A stretch of 64,000 nucleotides of DNA, taken from assembly GCA_030867685.1 (NCBI GenBank), contig JAQOWU010000007.1:2108001-2172000 (forward strand), in the 5' to 3' direction. The notes below the pieces were generated by a model. That model was not told the origin of the DNA, did not search any database, and saw only the letters and a list, made by a program, of their open reading frames with translations. Of the stretch, positions 41,000-53,100 are shown in pieces (positions within the stretch are counted from its first letter, which is position 1; the number at the start of each line of letters is the position of its first letter). The translations under genes and the position numbers were made by a program. The stretch is from Wickerhamiella versatilis. Taxonomy: Eukaryota.

Positions 41000-41914
41000 T
41001 CAATAATACCCGGAGGGCCAGGTTTGGTTGTGCAGGTTGCCAAACAAGTCTATACATTCTTGTTCAAGCTTTATGGGGTTCGACGACTTTGCCTTTCTAT
41101 AATTTGCAACGGCATGCTCAACCTCTGCAACTGAGCGCAATCCAACCACAGTCGGGCCATCCCACTCACGAAACGAATATTGCTCAGCAAGATCAGCCAA
41201 CTCAATTCCATATTCCGACGTGAGCTTAGCCACCTCTTCCGCCCGAGCTTTGAGTTCATCACTGGCAGGATGGAAGGATAGAGTAGGACGAGAGGATAGC
41301 AGAGACATTGAGAGTGGGCTTGCATTGAATACGACTGGCACGCGTAACTCTGAATGATACTTCAAAAGAAGGTTATTCTGAAGAGTAAGGTTGCAATAGC
41401 TCAAAATAGCATCGACAGACTTCTTCAAAGTTTCCGTCACAAGTTGGCACAGGTGTACTATGTACGGCAAAGGATATCCAGAAAACCCGACGTACCGTAC
41501 AACCCCTTTCTCTCTCAGGCTGAAGGCAGCCTTGATAGCAGTAAGAGCCTGGGTTTCTGATTGAAACTCCACATCATGAATTAGAAGTAGGTCCAGGTAA
41601 TCTGTATGCAATCTTTTCAAACTACGCTCAACACTTCGATTGATGCCCTCCTGAGAGTAGTCAAACTCATTGGTTTCCCACCTTCCTGCTTTAGTCGTCA
41701 GAAAATAAGACTCACGCGGAAAAGCCTTCAAAGCCTCACCTAAAATGCTTTCACTGTTCATGTAATAAGCTGAGGTGTCGACAGCTTTGAACCCAAGCTC
41801 GAAGGCTCGACGAAGTGTAGCTGTGACATCACCAAGGTCGGACTCCGAACCATATATCGTATTAAAAGACCCAGCACCAAATACAAGGGGCCCTATATCT
41901 TTGATGTCTATCAT
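41000..41914 (-). CDS. ARA2: NAD-dependent D-arabinose dehydrogenase (aldo-keto reductase)
   Basis: DTSAYY..SE, SVERSLKRLHTDYLD..IHDVEF, SGYPL, HNQTWPSG. Confidence 0.85.
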   Translation of the reverse strand: MIDIKDIGPLVFGAGSFNTIYGSESDLGDVTATLRRAFELGFKAVDTSAYYMNSESILGEALKAFPRESYFLTTKAGRWETNEFDYSQEGINRSVERSLKRLHTDYLDLLLIHDVEFQSETQALTAIKAAFSLREKGVVRYVGFSGYPLPYIVHLCQLVTETLKKSVDAILSYCNLTLQNNLLLKYHSELRVPVVFNASPLSMSLLSSRPTLSFHPASDELKARAEEVAKLTSEYGIELADLAEQYSFREWDGPTVVGLRSVAEVEHAVANYRKAKSSNPIKLEQECIDLFGNLHNQTWPSGYY

Positions 41915-42316
41915 TTTTCAGGCAATATTCCAGCTTGCTCAGTAGTGGGAAATACTGTAGGTCAAAACGAGTAATACCTTAATATTATGTAAGAAAATAT
42001 ATACATCAAACGCCGTGATTTTTTTTCTCACCGGAACACAATTTTCTCATCGCAGAACCCTGGGACAAGAATAATGGTCTGTAGAACAAATATATATAAA
42101 GAATTAACTCCCTTCCTATATTATGCAGTACAATTCAGTTTATACCGGATGTGCTAGTTTAGTAGCAACTTTTTCTGAGATAATTCCTAATCAGGTGACA
42201 ACAACGGACAACGTGTAATATGCCAACGTTTTTACAGGTTTACTACCCCAAAGCGACATCATGCTGAGTAATTGGATCTGGTAATCTCGGTTACGACGAG
42301 GTAAAGTATAAGCCAT

Positions 42317-42676
42317 ATGGATGAGGAATTCCAGGCTCGTCGGAGGCTCAAGGCTCTGTCAGAACTCGATGCTAAAATTGTCTCTGTTTTAGGTAATGCC
42401 GAAGAAGTTGTTGCGAGTATTCGTGATGGAAAGACAAAAGGTGTGACCTCAGACTCCACACAGGCATTTTCACGCAGCATTGAGGACTTCAACGTCAATG
42501 TTGAAGAAATTAAGTCAGGTCTACGAAGTGAGGTGTTGAAGCTTCGTGAGGCCTCACATCGTAATCTTTTACCTTTGAACTTGCCCGTTCAGGCTGTGTC
42601 ATTTTCAGCTGCCAAGGAGGAAGAATTATGGGATGCCATTCGTGACCCTCGCCAATCTGAAAGAATGCAGGACTAA
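42317..42676 (+). CDS. MED11: Mediator subunit Med11
   Basis: RRLKALSELDAKIVSVL..A and LRSEV.KL helices; size fits. Confidence 0.7.
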   Translation: MDEEFQARRRLKALSELDAKIVSVLGNAEEVVASIRDGKTKGVTSDSTQAFSRSIEDFNVNVEEIKSGLRSEVLKLREASHRNLLPLNLPVQAVSFSAAKEEELWDAIRDPRQSERMQD

Positions 42677-42946
42677 AGCTGCATGGACCAAAAGCTGTTG
42701 GCTGATTCGGGGAGCAAGGAGGGAGGGAGAAATCTCTAGCCGTTGTCGAAAATATCATATTGCATACTAAACCCTACATCATTTCAACTAATTATATCCA
42801 AAGCCAATCTACATAAGCCTAGTACTGTACCGGCCATGGTTTCTGGCCACTAAGGCTTAGGAAGATTCATTCTAGGGAACACAGCATGATTAACAATGAG
42901 TACTTAATTGCAAGGTACTAGTTCAGAGTAATAGTCTGCTTTAGAT

Positions 42947-43327
42947 TTAAAATTTTGGATAGGCTAATACGTGAGGCTTACGAGCTTTCGCGTCATGATA
43001 TACAGGCTCGTTCACATCAAAGTCGGGGACGTCCGCCATGATCTCAGCCTCCTTGGACCTAAGGCTAACAAGCCTGCGGTAGTAGTCCCTATCGGCCTCT
43101 GCTTGAAGCAACGGCTGCAAATATATGCGACTCCAAGCCTTCTCTCTCTGTAGTTCGTTGCGCTCACGGATTCCAGCAATCAGCTTATAGAAACCATAGC
43201 CACATATGCCTCCGACCAATAAAAAGTAGATTGTGGGGCGAAAGCCTCGAGAAGGGACGTTACGCTTCCATTGGACCGGCACTGGATAGCCTCCCTTTGG
43301 AGGAAGATCTTGGTGAAGTTCAGCCAT
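42947..43327 (-). CDS. Complex I accessory subunit NDUFA13/GRIM-19
   Basis: QDLPPKGGY, WKRNVPSRG, REKAWSRIYLQPLLQAEADR. Confidence 0.93.
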   Translation of the reverse strand: MAELHQDLPPKGGYPVPVQWKRNVPSRGFRPTIYFLLVGGICGYGFYKLIAGIRERNELQREKAWSRIYLQPLLQAEADRDYYRRLVSLRSKEAEIMADVPDFDVNEPVYHDAKARKPHVLAYPKF

Positions 43328-43621
43328 GTTAGACAACCTGCTGACCAATCAGCTGAGCGGAATAGCTTTGTTATGCAGCTTCCTTGACTTGCGAAATGAA
43401 AAGTAAGTTGAAAGCAACGGTTGTAGAGGAAGTTTTTAAAAATATCAGGATAGTTTCCTTAATTTATGCTGTGGTCTTTATGCTATAGAGTTTGGCATTA
43501 CAGAATAGAGTAACGAGCATTAACATTAATTTTCGCTTCCTCTTCAAGCTATGACTGGTTGAACAACATTACTCGGTACCATATCACATTTTTTTTTCTA
43601 TTTCAAAAAAAAATAACCATG

Positions 43622-44419
43622 TCACGTTGGTTGAGGATCATTCCACTTATGATAAGTAAACACATCACCAGACTGTAAGGGTAGCTCGTCATCAGGAGGA
43701 GCTATTCTCAAGGGCATAGAATCAAACATTACCTGGTCATCTGCTTTCAGCAGTTGCGTGAGGAGCATGTCGGAAGAAGGCTGATAGTCGACATTAGGAG
43801 TAAATTTACCTTGATTTTCGCTAACGCGCCCCTTGCGTAGAACACGTTGGAGAGCACGGGAGGCGGAATGCTTAAAGGCAGCATCGAGATTCCCTTTTTC
43901 ATTCGCTACGGCCTTCCATATATTTTGTAAGTCAACTCCCTGCTCGCCAGCATTCTCAGTTATAATTCTGACCATGAGATCCTCGTAGCCACCCGGTCGA
44001 GCATGATATTGTAAACGCTTAAATTCTTGGTTCTCTTCCTGCGCGCGTTCCACAATCTGAACCGCGTGTGGTGGATATAAAGGGAGATCTGGGTGTAGCT
44101 TTTCTGCATATTGAATTAACTGGATCAATAGACTCTTGGGAAGTAAAGAAAGATACGCCTTCCTTACCTCTGGTTCAAAATTTACTGGGGGTTGTCCCGT
44201 CTCCAACGGAGGGTCCCCACTAGAATTGGCCCGTTTGGCTTGGCACTCATGGCAGAACCACTGGGCCTCAGGAACCTCCACAAAAATCCTATCTATAGCA
44301 GGGTGGTGGCATAAGCGATGATAGGGGGTATGGCACATTTCACAAAACATGATTTCATCACCAGGATTGCTTGAGCCTCTTTTACATTCATGGCAAACTT
44401 GGCTAGGGTCTGCCGCCAT
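43622..44419 (-). CDS. PHD finger protein resembling S. pombe Phf1/Phf2, with a winged-helix-like C-terminal domain
   Basis: C4HC3 PHD with YHRLCHHPAID, then RKAYLSLLPK.LLI.LI...HPDLPLY. Confidence 0.75.
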   Translation of the reverse strand: MAADPSQVCHECKRGSSNPGDEIMFCEMCHTPYHRLCHHPAIDRIFVEVPEAQWFCHECQAKRANSSGDPPLETGQPPVNFEPEVRKAYLSLLPKSLLIQLIQYAEKLHPDLPLYPPHAVQIVERAQEENQEFKRLQYHARPGGYEDLMVRIITENAGEQGVDLQNIWKAVANEKGNLDAAFKHSASRALQRVLRKGRVSENQGKFTPNVDYQPSSDMLLTQLLKADDQVMFDSMPLRIAPPDDELPLQSGDVFTYHKWNDPQPT

Positions 44420-45068
44420 GGTGCTAGAACAGCTTCGTAGCTGTTGTTCACGGTATTAGTACTTGATTATTCATCTCACCTTGATTGCCTAGATACGGAA
44501 GCGGTCCACAGAGTCCATAGTGGCAAAGCCAATAAATCGGTATCGTAACACAAGCTTCATGTGTTTTTTTTACCAATACTCAGTGTCGTTATTTTGTATC
44601 TCGAGTCAAACTATATCATCACTAGAATACTCTACCACGTATAAAATCATTATAATCATTTACTTACTTATTTTTTGTTCACAGGTAAATCTCAGATAAA
44701 GAGTCTAAAAAACTAGCTAAGGATAGCATGTTATCAATCTTATAATATACTGTCTAAATTACAAGCATAGTATCAAAACGATAGTCTTCTTACACATCAT
44801 AGTCATAAAGGGTTTCAGGAAGTTTTCAAAGGTTGCGAATGTCGCGGTATTCGGGACTGAACACGATCTAGTTCATAAGATAATGGAATCATAATTGTAG
44901 CGAATATCTAAACATAAAAAAATCTTATACAAGTAAGTTTTACCATAATAAACTTTGATATGAAGGTATAAAATCAAAAAAAAATAATAACTCATCTACG
45001 CACTATGATTGATTATACTAGGGATTTAGACTCAGCCCACCTTTCTTTGTAATTGCACTAGGAGTTCA

Positions 45069-45107
45069 ACGCGCGTGTTAAGACGCGATTCCTACCCTAA
45101 ACCGCGT
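45069..45107. promoter_or_regulatory. Cluster of MCB-like ACGCG/CGCGT elements
   Basis: 45069, 45072, 45083 and 45103 in AT-rich DNA upstream of the PIR-repeat gene; TATATAAA at 45479. Confidence 0.4.
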
Positions 45108-45529
45108 TTAAATGCACGAATATTCATAGGAGGGGATATGAGTGACATGGAGCGTTAAAAAAAAGACAATGTGAAGAATATGGCTTTTAAGTGAGATATA
45201 AATCAAGGGAACTAACAATTATATCATGCCTTCGTTTTTCTAGACTTTGCCATGCATGTGACCTTACCCTTAATTGGCTTCGACGGAATATAAGGTGGTC
45301 GACTATCAGGCCTCTTCATTGCAAAAAAAATCAAATATTCTGTGAATTGAGACGAGTCCCAACTAAAAGCACCAAAATTTACCACGAGTATCATAGGTGT
45401 TTCGCGACAAATGAAATATAGACCTCCTGCATCGATTAGTTATTGCAGCTTTGACAAGGTCACCAAGGGGTTACGCACTATATAAAGGCAATATCATCCG
45501 GATGTTTATTCAGTATTACGCTGTTCAGA

Positions 45530-46237
45530 ATGGGTGCCATTAAACTTCTTACTCTCGTTCCCGCTGTCCTTGCTGGCGCTATTGAGCAGATTGGAGATGG
45601 CCAGGTCCAACACCAGACATCTGCTGCTGCTGCCACTGCTGCTCCTGAGTCCACTGCTGCTGCTGAGGCCACTGCTGCTCCTGAGTCCACTGCTGCAGCC
45701 GTTGCCCAAATTACTGATGGTCAGGTCCAGCACCAGACTGCCACTCCCAGCGCTGCTGCTGAGGCCGAGACTCCAAGCTCATCATCTACTACCCCAGTTG
45801 GCACCCTCTCGGCTGTAGCACAGATTTCAGACGGACAAATTCAGCACCAGACTGCCGCACCTACCGCTGCTGCTGAGCCCGCAACCTCCTCTGAGGTTCC
45901 CACTGCATCTGCAGTTGCTCAGATCTCCGACGGCCAGGTTCAGCACCAGACTTCTGCTGCTGAGGCAACTTCTGCTGCTGAGGCAGCCACTACCTCTGAG
46001 TCTCCTAGCACTGCCGCTGCCGTCTCTCAGATTTCCGATGGCCAGGTCCAGCAGCATAGCTCTTCTGGCGACACCACGTTGGTCACGGTTGCTGCTGGTA
46101 AGACCGAGACTGTTAAGGGTGTTCATGGCTCTGCGAGCACCTCGAACCCCTCTGCACTTGCTGTTGCTAACGCTGGCTCTGTATCAACTATTGGTGGACC
46201 ACTTGCAGTTATTGCTGCAGTTGCCGCCCTGCTCTAA
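45530..46237 (+). CDS. Cell-wall protein with five PIR repeats and GPI signal
   Basis: Signal peptide, 5x QIxDGQ(V/I)Q, S/T/A-rich, C-terminal NAG plus hydrophobic tail. Confidence 0.9.
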   Translation: MGAIKLLTLVPAVLAGAIEQIGDGQVQHQTSAAAATAAPESTAAAEATAAPESTAAAVAQITDGQVQHQTATPSAAAEAETPSSSSTTPVGTLSAVAQISDGQIQHQTAAPTAAAEPATSSEVPTASAVAQISDGQVQHQTSAAEATSAAEAATTSESPSTAAAVSQISDGQVQQHSSSGDTTLVTVAAGKTETVKGVHGSASTSNPSALAVANAGSVSTIGGPLAVIAAVAALL

Positions 46238-47153
46238 ATTGCACCGTTATAATATCATTACCGTAGCTGTATTAAATAAATTGACAAGCGCATTATTTGT
46301 TTGTCTTAATCTGTTACTTTCTTTTCGTTCTTCTTTTTTCCTCTTTCTTTTTTCTATTAGTCTGCTATATCATGTCATACATAAGGAACAAGTGATATTA
46401 GGAAGTGAGAGAAACTGCGGTAGCATTGCCGTTATAGGAATAATGGTGCGAGAAGGCTTCGATTGTGGCCGTTGCCTTAATTCATGAAATAATGGGAAGC
46501 CTTATATTGCAGGCAATGCTCAAAGAAAAACCAATCACACATCTTTCAATTCTCGCGAATTGATGATGGCAAAAAATGAGGTCACATCTCATATGACTAC
46601 GACACAGTGTCTTCACCGTCGAACTACCACTTCCAGTCAAAGCGTCTACAGCTTCTAGATTATTTCCTAGGAATTGCCTAATTGGGATGGGCTGCAGGAA
46701 GTGTGCAGCAGCAGCATGGTAGCATAGATGGTCAGGGAGGCACTCAAAGATATTGAGGATATCGAATACATTAAAATAGGACCAGACCAGACAGTACTCA
46801 TTACAGAACCCCAAAAATTAATATATAGTAGCTTTACAGTAACTTTTTCTGGACAAGACCTACTTGTTCGCATCCGTACACTCAGATCGCACCATGACTC
46901 ATCATCACTTGGTGGGACCATATACTCGAATTACTTCCGCAACAAGAGATACAGAAAACGAGGAAAATTTAATCAAGATAAAAGATATGGTTAATACGGG
47001 TTAAATCTCTTGTTTATAGTTAAGAAAAGGATTTAGAGTCATGTTAAATGTGTTCAAAAGGATCCCGCTTCCTCATACCTAACCCTAGAAACGGAGTAGA
47101 ATTCAAACCTTAGTTGGAGGAGGGCTGAGTTAAAACCCCTGGGGGTTGCTGGA

Positions 47154-50100
47154 ATGGCAGTAGGCCAAATGTCACGGCATTTTTTGGCGCTGTTGGTATT
47201 GGCTTTGGAGCCAGCCAGCGGTACTTATTTCGGTCAAAATGCCTGTCAGAATGAGAACAACTTTCAACAACTATCCTCAGTCAATCTGGATAGTCAGTGT
47301 TGGAAATATTGTCAAAATCAAGCTACTAAATTGACTACCTGTGTATTAACGGGTACTTGCTGCAATTCATTACTTGCGGAATCCAATGCAGTAGATAATA
47401 TTGGATGTTCCCAATGTTATAATGCAGCCCAAAGTGGAGATGTAGAACTGAATTTTGATGGTTCTGACAGATTTCACAATATGTCTGCCTTTAATGACTT
47501 TGTGCAGTATACATTTTGGTATAAGGGAAATCACTGCTGTAAGCATTCATCAGCAGTTGAAGCTTCATCGGCAGATTATACTATTCCCCAGGCAGATACT
47601 AGCACGTTATATCTCACCACAACTGGGGGTACAAGTTATGCGTCAGTTCCTGTAGGTGGTACGGGCTTAAGCACGGGCTATGATCCTGGCCAAGGCGGTG
47701 GCATGGGTACAGGTATGGGACCAGGCCGAACTGTCACTGTACAGGGAAGCACGCAATATTCGACTCTGACAATCATGCCAGGTAGTGCCACGACAGTTAC
47801 GAAGTCTGCCACGGAGTATATATCAGGACCTAATGGTAATTTACCCACCACAGAGGTGTCAACACTCTATTTAACGGCAGGAACTTCTTTTACTTCGACT
47901 GCTATAGTTATATCTACAGAATACGTTTCTGGAGGTGTCGGTCCGACCGGCACTAGTACTGAGCTGTCGACTATCTACGTTTCCGGTCCGGCAGGCCCAA
48001 CATCCACGCATACTGCGCTGTCTACATTATACGTCTCTCCGATATACACTACTTTAACGCAGCCTGCAACTACTGTCACAGCACAAGGATCGCTTCTGAC
48101 AAGACCTGCTTCTACGATCACACTAAGAGCAACGGACTACGTTACAATGACTTCTTTGTCTTTAGCAACTGAAACAGTAACCGCTGGTGGAACTACTGAA
48201 TACTTAACTACCTTCGTGCCAACTCAGGTTACTGTACACCCGGGTACAAATAGCGTGCCATACCTAACGACTGCAGTAGAGTCGACCAATGTACCTACGG
48301 AAACAACTGTAAGTACAAATATCAATGGAACCCCTACAACCGCTACTCTTAGCTCGGTGGTGCCATCAAGCAGATCTTTCACGGAGATTGTAGGATCATC
48401 TTACACTATCACTGTACGCGGAGACACATCTACTGTGACCGATGCGCGCTTGTCGACTGAAACATTGGAGACAATGGTTCCCACTACTACTGCTGTCACA
48501 ACGGATGTTAACGGAACCCCTACAACTGCCACCTTGACTTCTAGTTATCAGTCGCCAGAAACATTCACTGAAATAGTTGGCTCTACTTATACCTCCACAT
48601 TGCTTCCGGTTACGCAAACCATCACAACGGAGATCGACCACACACTGACGACTATGGTTGTTACAAGTCTCCCAGGTGCATACTTGACCACAGTAGCAGA
48701 GTCCACGGATGTGCCGACGGCTACTACCGTAACCACTAACGTCAATGGAACTCCCACAACAGCCACACTCAGCTCGGTGGTTCCTTCACAGGAGTCTTTG
48801 ACAGAAATTGTGGGATCATCTTATACAATTACTGTTCGAGGAGATACATCAACTGTTACGGATACTTCAGTCGTTACAGATGCTCAACTATCTACTGAGA
48901 CATTATCTACGATGGTTCCCACTACTACTGCTGTCACGACTGATGTTAATGGTACTCCAACAACTGCGACTTTGACTACCAGCTACCTGTCACCAGAAAC
49001 GTTCACTGAGATAATTGGCTCCACTTATACCTCTACATTGCTCCCGGTAACGCAGACAGTTACAACGGAGGTTGATCACACACTCACGACAATGGTGGTT
49101 ACAAGTCTTCCAGGTGCGTATTTGACTACAGTAGCGGAGTCTACGGATGTGCCGACAGCAACCACGGTGACCACTAATATCAATGGAACTCCCACAACCG
49201 CCACACTTAGTTCAGTGGTTCCGTCACAAGAGTCGTTGACAGAAATCGTGGGATCATCTTATACAATTACTATCCGTGGAGATACATCAACTGTTACGGA
49301 CACTTCAGTTGTCACCGATGCTCAGCTGTCTACTGAGACATTATCTACGATGGTTCCCACTACTACGGCCGTTACAACTGATGTTAACGGAACCCCTACA
49401 ACTGCGACTTTGACTACCAGCTACCTGTCACCAGAAACGTTCACTGAGATAGTTGGCTCTACTTATACCTCCACATTGCTCCCGGTTACACAAACCGTCA
49501 CAACGGAGGTCGATCACACACTTACAACTATGGTTGTTACTAGCCTCCCAGGTGCATACTTGACCACAGTAGCAGAGTCCACGGATGTGCCGACAGCAAC
49601 CACGGTAACCACTAATGTCAATGGAACTCCCACAACAGCCACACTCAGTTCAATGGTTCCTTCGCAAGAATCATTGACAGAAATCGTGGGATCATCTTAT
49701 ACAATCACTATTCGTGGAGATACATCAACGGTTACGGACACTTCAGTTGTAACAGATGCTCAGCTGTCTACGGAGACATTATCTACGATGGTTCCCACTA
49801 CTACTGCTGTCACGACTGATGTTAATGGTACTCCAACAACTGCGACTTTGACTACCAGCTACCTGTCACCAGAAACGTTCACTGAGATAATTGGCTCCAC
49901 TTATACCTCTACATTGCTCCCGGTAACGCAGACAGTTACAACGGAGGTTGATCACACACTCACGACAATGGTGGTTACAAGTCTCCCAGGTGCGTATCTG
50001 ACCACAGTAACAGAGCCAACGGACGTGCCGACAGCAACCACGGTGACCACTAATATCAATGGAACTCCCACAACAGCCACACTCAGCTCAGTGGTTCCTT

Positions 50101-53100
50101 CACAAAAGTCTTTGACAGAGATCGTGGGATCATCTTATACAATTACTATTCGTGGAGATACATCAACTGTTACGGACACTTCAGTTGTAACAGATGCCAA
50201 GCTTTCTACTGAGACATTATCTACGATGGTTCCCACTACTACGGCCGTTACAACTGATGTTAACGGAACCCCTACAACTGCGACCTTGACTTCCAGCTAC
50301 CTGTCACCAGAAACGTTCACTGAGATAGTTGGCTCCACTTATACCTCTACATTGCTCCCGGTTACACAAACCGTCACAACGGAGGTCGATCACACACTGA
50401 CGACTATGGTTGTTACAAGTCTTCCAGGTGCGTATTTGACCACAGTAGCAGAGTCCACGGACGTTCCGACAGCAACCACGGTAACCACTAATATCAATGG
50501 AACTCCCACAACTGCCACACTTAGTTCAATGGTTCCTTCACAGGAGTCTTTGACAGAGATCGTGGGATCATCTTATACAATCACTGTTCGTGGAGACACC
50601 TCTACTGTAACGGATGCTCGTCTATCTACTGAGACGTTGTCAACGATGGTTCCCACTACTACGGTTGTTACAACTGATGTTAACGGAACCCCTACGACTG
50701 CGACCTTGACTTCCAGCTACCTGTCACCAGAAACACTAACCGAGATAGTTGGCTCTACTTATACCTCCACATTGCTCCCGGTTACACAAACCGTCACAAC
50801 GGAGGTCGATCACACACTCACGACTATGGTGGTTACAAGTCTTCCAGGTGCGTATTTGACCACAGTAGCAGAGTCCACGGACGTTCCGACAGCAACCACG
50901 GTAACCACTAATATCAATGGAACTCCCACAACTGCCACACTTAGTTCAATGGTTCCTTCACAAGAGTCATTGACAGAAATCGTGGGATCATCTTATACAA
51001 TTACTATTCGTGGAGATACATCAACGGTTACGGACACCTCAGTTGTTACAGATGCTCAGCTGTCTACTGAGACATTATCTACGATGGTTCCCACTACTAC
51101 TGCTGTCACGACTGATGTTAATGGTACTCCAACAACTGCGACTTTGACTACCAGTTATCAGTCACCAGAAACGTTCACTGAAATTGTTGGCTCTACTTAT
51201 ACCTCCACGTTGCTCCCGGTTACACAAACTGTCACAACGGAGATGGATCACACACTTACAACTATGGTTGTTACAAGTCTTCCAGGTGCATATTTGACCA
51301 CAGTAGCGGAGTCCACGGATGTACCGACGGCTACTACAGTGACCACTAATATCAATGGAACTCCCACAACTGCCACACTTAGTTCAATGGTTCCTTCACA
51401 AGAGTCTTTGACAGAAATCGTGGGATCATCGTATACAATTACTGTTCGTGGAGATACATCAACTGTTACAGATGCCAAGCTTTCTACTGAGACGTTGTCA
51501 ACGATGGTTCCCACTACTACGGTTGTTACAACTGATGTTAACGGAACCCCTACGACTGCGACCTTGACTTCCAGCTACCTGTCACCAGAAACATTCACTG
51601 AGATAGTTGGCTCCACTTATACCTCCACATTGCTCCCGGTTACACAAACCGTCACAACTGAGGTCGACCACACACTGACGACTATGGTTGTTACAAGTCT
51701 CCCAGGTGCGTATTTGACTACAGTAACAGAGTCAACAGGCGTACCGACGGCTACTACAGTAACTACTAATGTCAATGGAACTGCAACAACAGCCACACTC
51801 AGTTCAATGGTTCCTTCGCAAGAATCTTTGACAGAAATTGTGGGATCATCTTATACTATCACTGTTCGAGGAGATACCTCCACTATTACGGATACGTCAA
51901 CTGTAACAGATACCTCAGTTGTTACAGATGCTCAACTATCTACTGAGACATTATCTACGATGGTTCCCACTACTACGGCTGTTACAACTGATGTTAACGG
52001 AACCCCTACAACTGCTACCTTGACTTCCAGCTACCTGTCACCAGAAACGTTCACTGAGATAGTTGGCTCCACTTATACCTCTACATTGCTCCCGGTTACA
52101 CAAACAGTTACGACTGAAGTTGATCACACACTTACAACTATGGTTGTTACTAGCCTCCCAGGTGCATACTTGACCACAGTAGCAGAGTCAACGGATGTGC
52201 CGACAGCAACCACGGTGACCACTAATATCAATGGAACTGCAACAACAGCCACACTCAGTTCAATGGTTCCTTCACAAGAGTCTTTGACAGAAATCGTGGG
52301 GTCATCCTATACTATCACTGTTCGTGGAGATACCTCTACTGTTACAGATACATCAACTGTAACGGATACCTCTGTTGTTACAGATGCCAGGCTTTCTACT
52401 GAGACAGTGTCTACGATGGTTCCGACTACTACGGCTGTCACCACTGATGTTAATGGAATCCCTACGACTGCAACTTTGACTACCAGTTATCAGTCACCAG
52501 AAACGTTCACTGAGATAGTTGGTTCCACTTATACCTCTACATTGCTCCCGGTTACACAAACCGTCACAACGGAGGTCGACCACACACTGACGACTATGGT
52601 TGTTACGAGTCTCCCAGGTGCATATTTGACTACAGTAGCGGAATCAACGGACGTACCGACGGCTACCACAGTAACTACTAATGTCAATGGAACCCCAACA
52701 ACTGCCACACTCAGCTCGGTGGTTCCTTCACAAGAGTCATTGACAGAAATCGTGGGATCATCTTATACAATTACTATTCGTGGAGATACATCAACTGTTA
52801 CGGATACCTCAGTCGTTACAGATGCTAAGCTTTCTACTGAGACAGTATCTACGATGGTTCCCACTACTACGGCTGTTACGACCGAAGTTAATGGTACTCT
52901 AACAACTGCAACTTTGACTTCCAGCTACCTGTCACCAGAAACGTTCACTGAAATTGTTGGCTCCACTTATACCTCCACATTACTCCCGGTTACACAAACT
53001 GTCACAACAGAGGTCGACCACACACTTACAACTATGGTGGTTACTAGCCTCCCAGGTGCATATTTGACCACAGTAGCGGAGTCCACGGATGTGCCGACAG

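Noticed and set aside
46482..46994. Three short overlapping ORFs upstream of the adhesin
   Set aside because: No motifs, mutually overlapping; probably promoter DNA, though a decayed gene is not excluded
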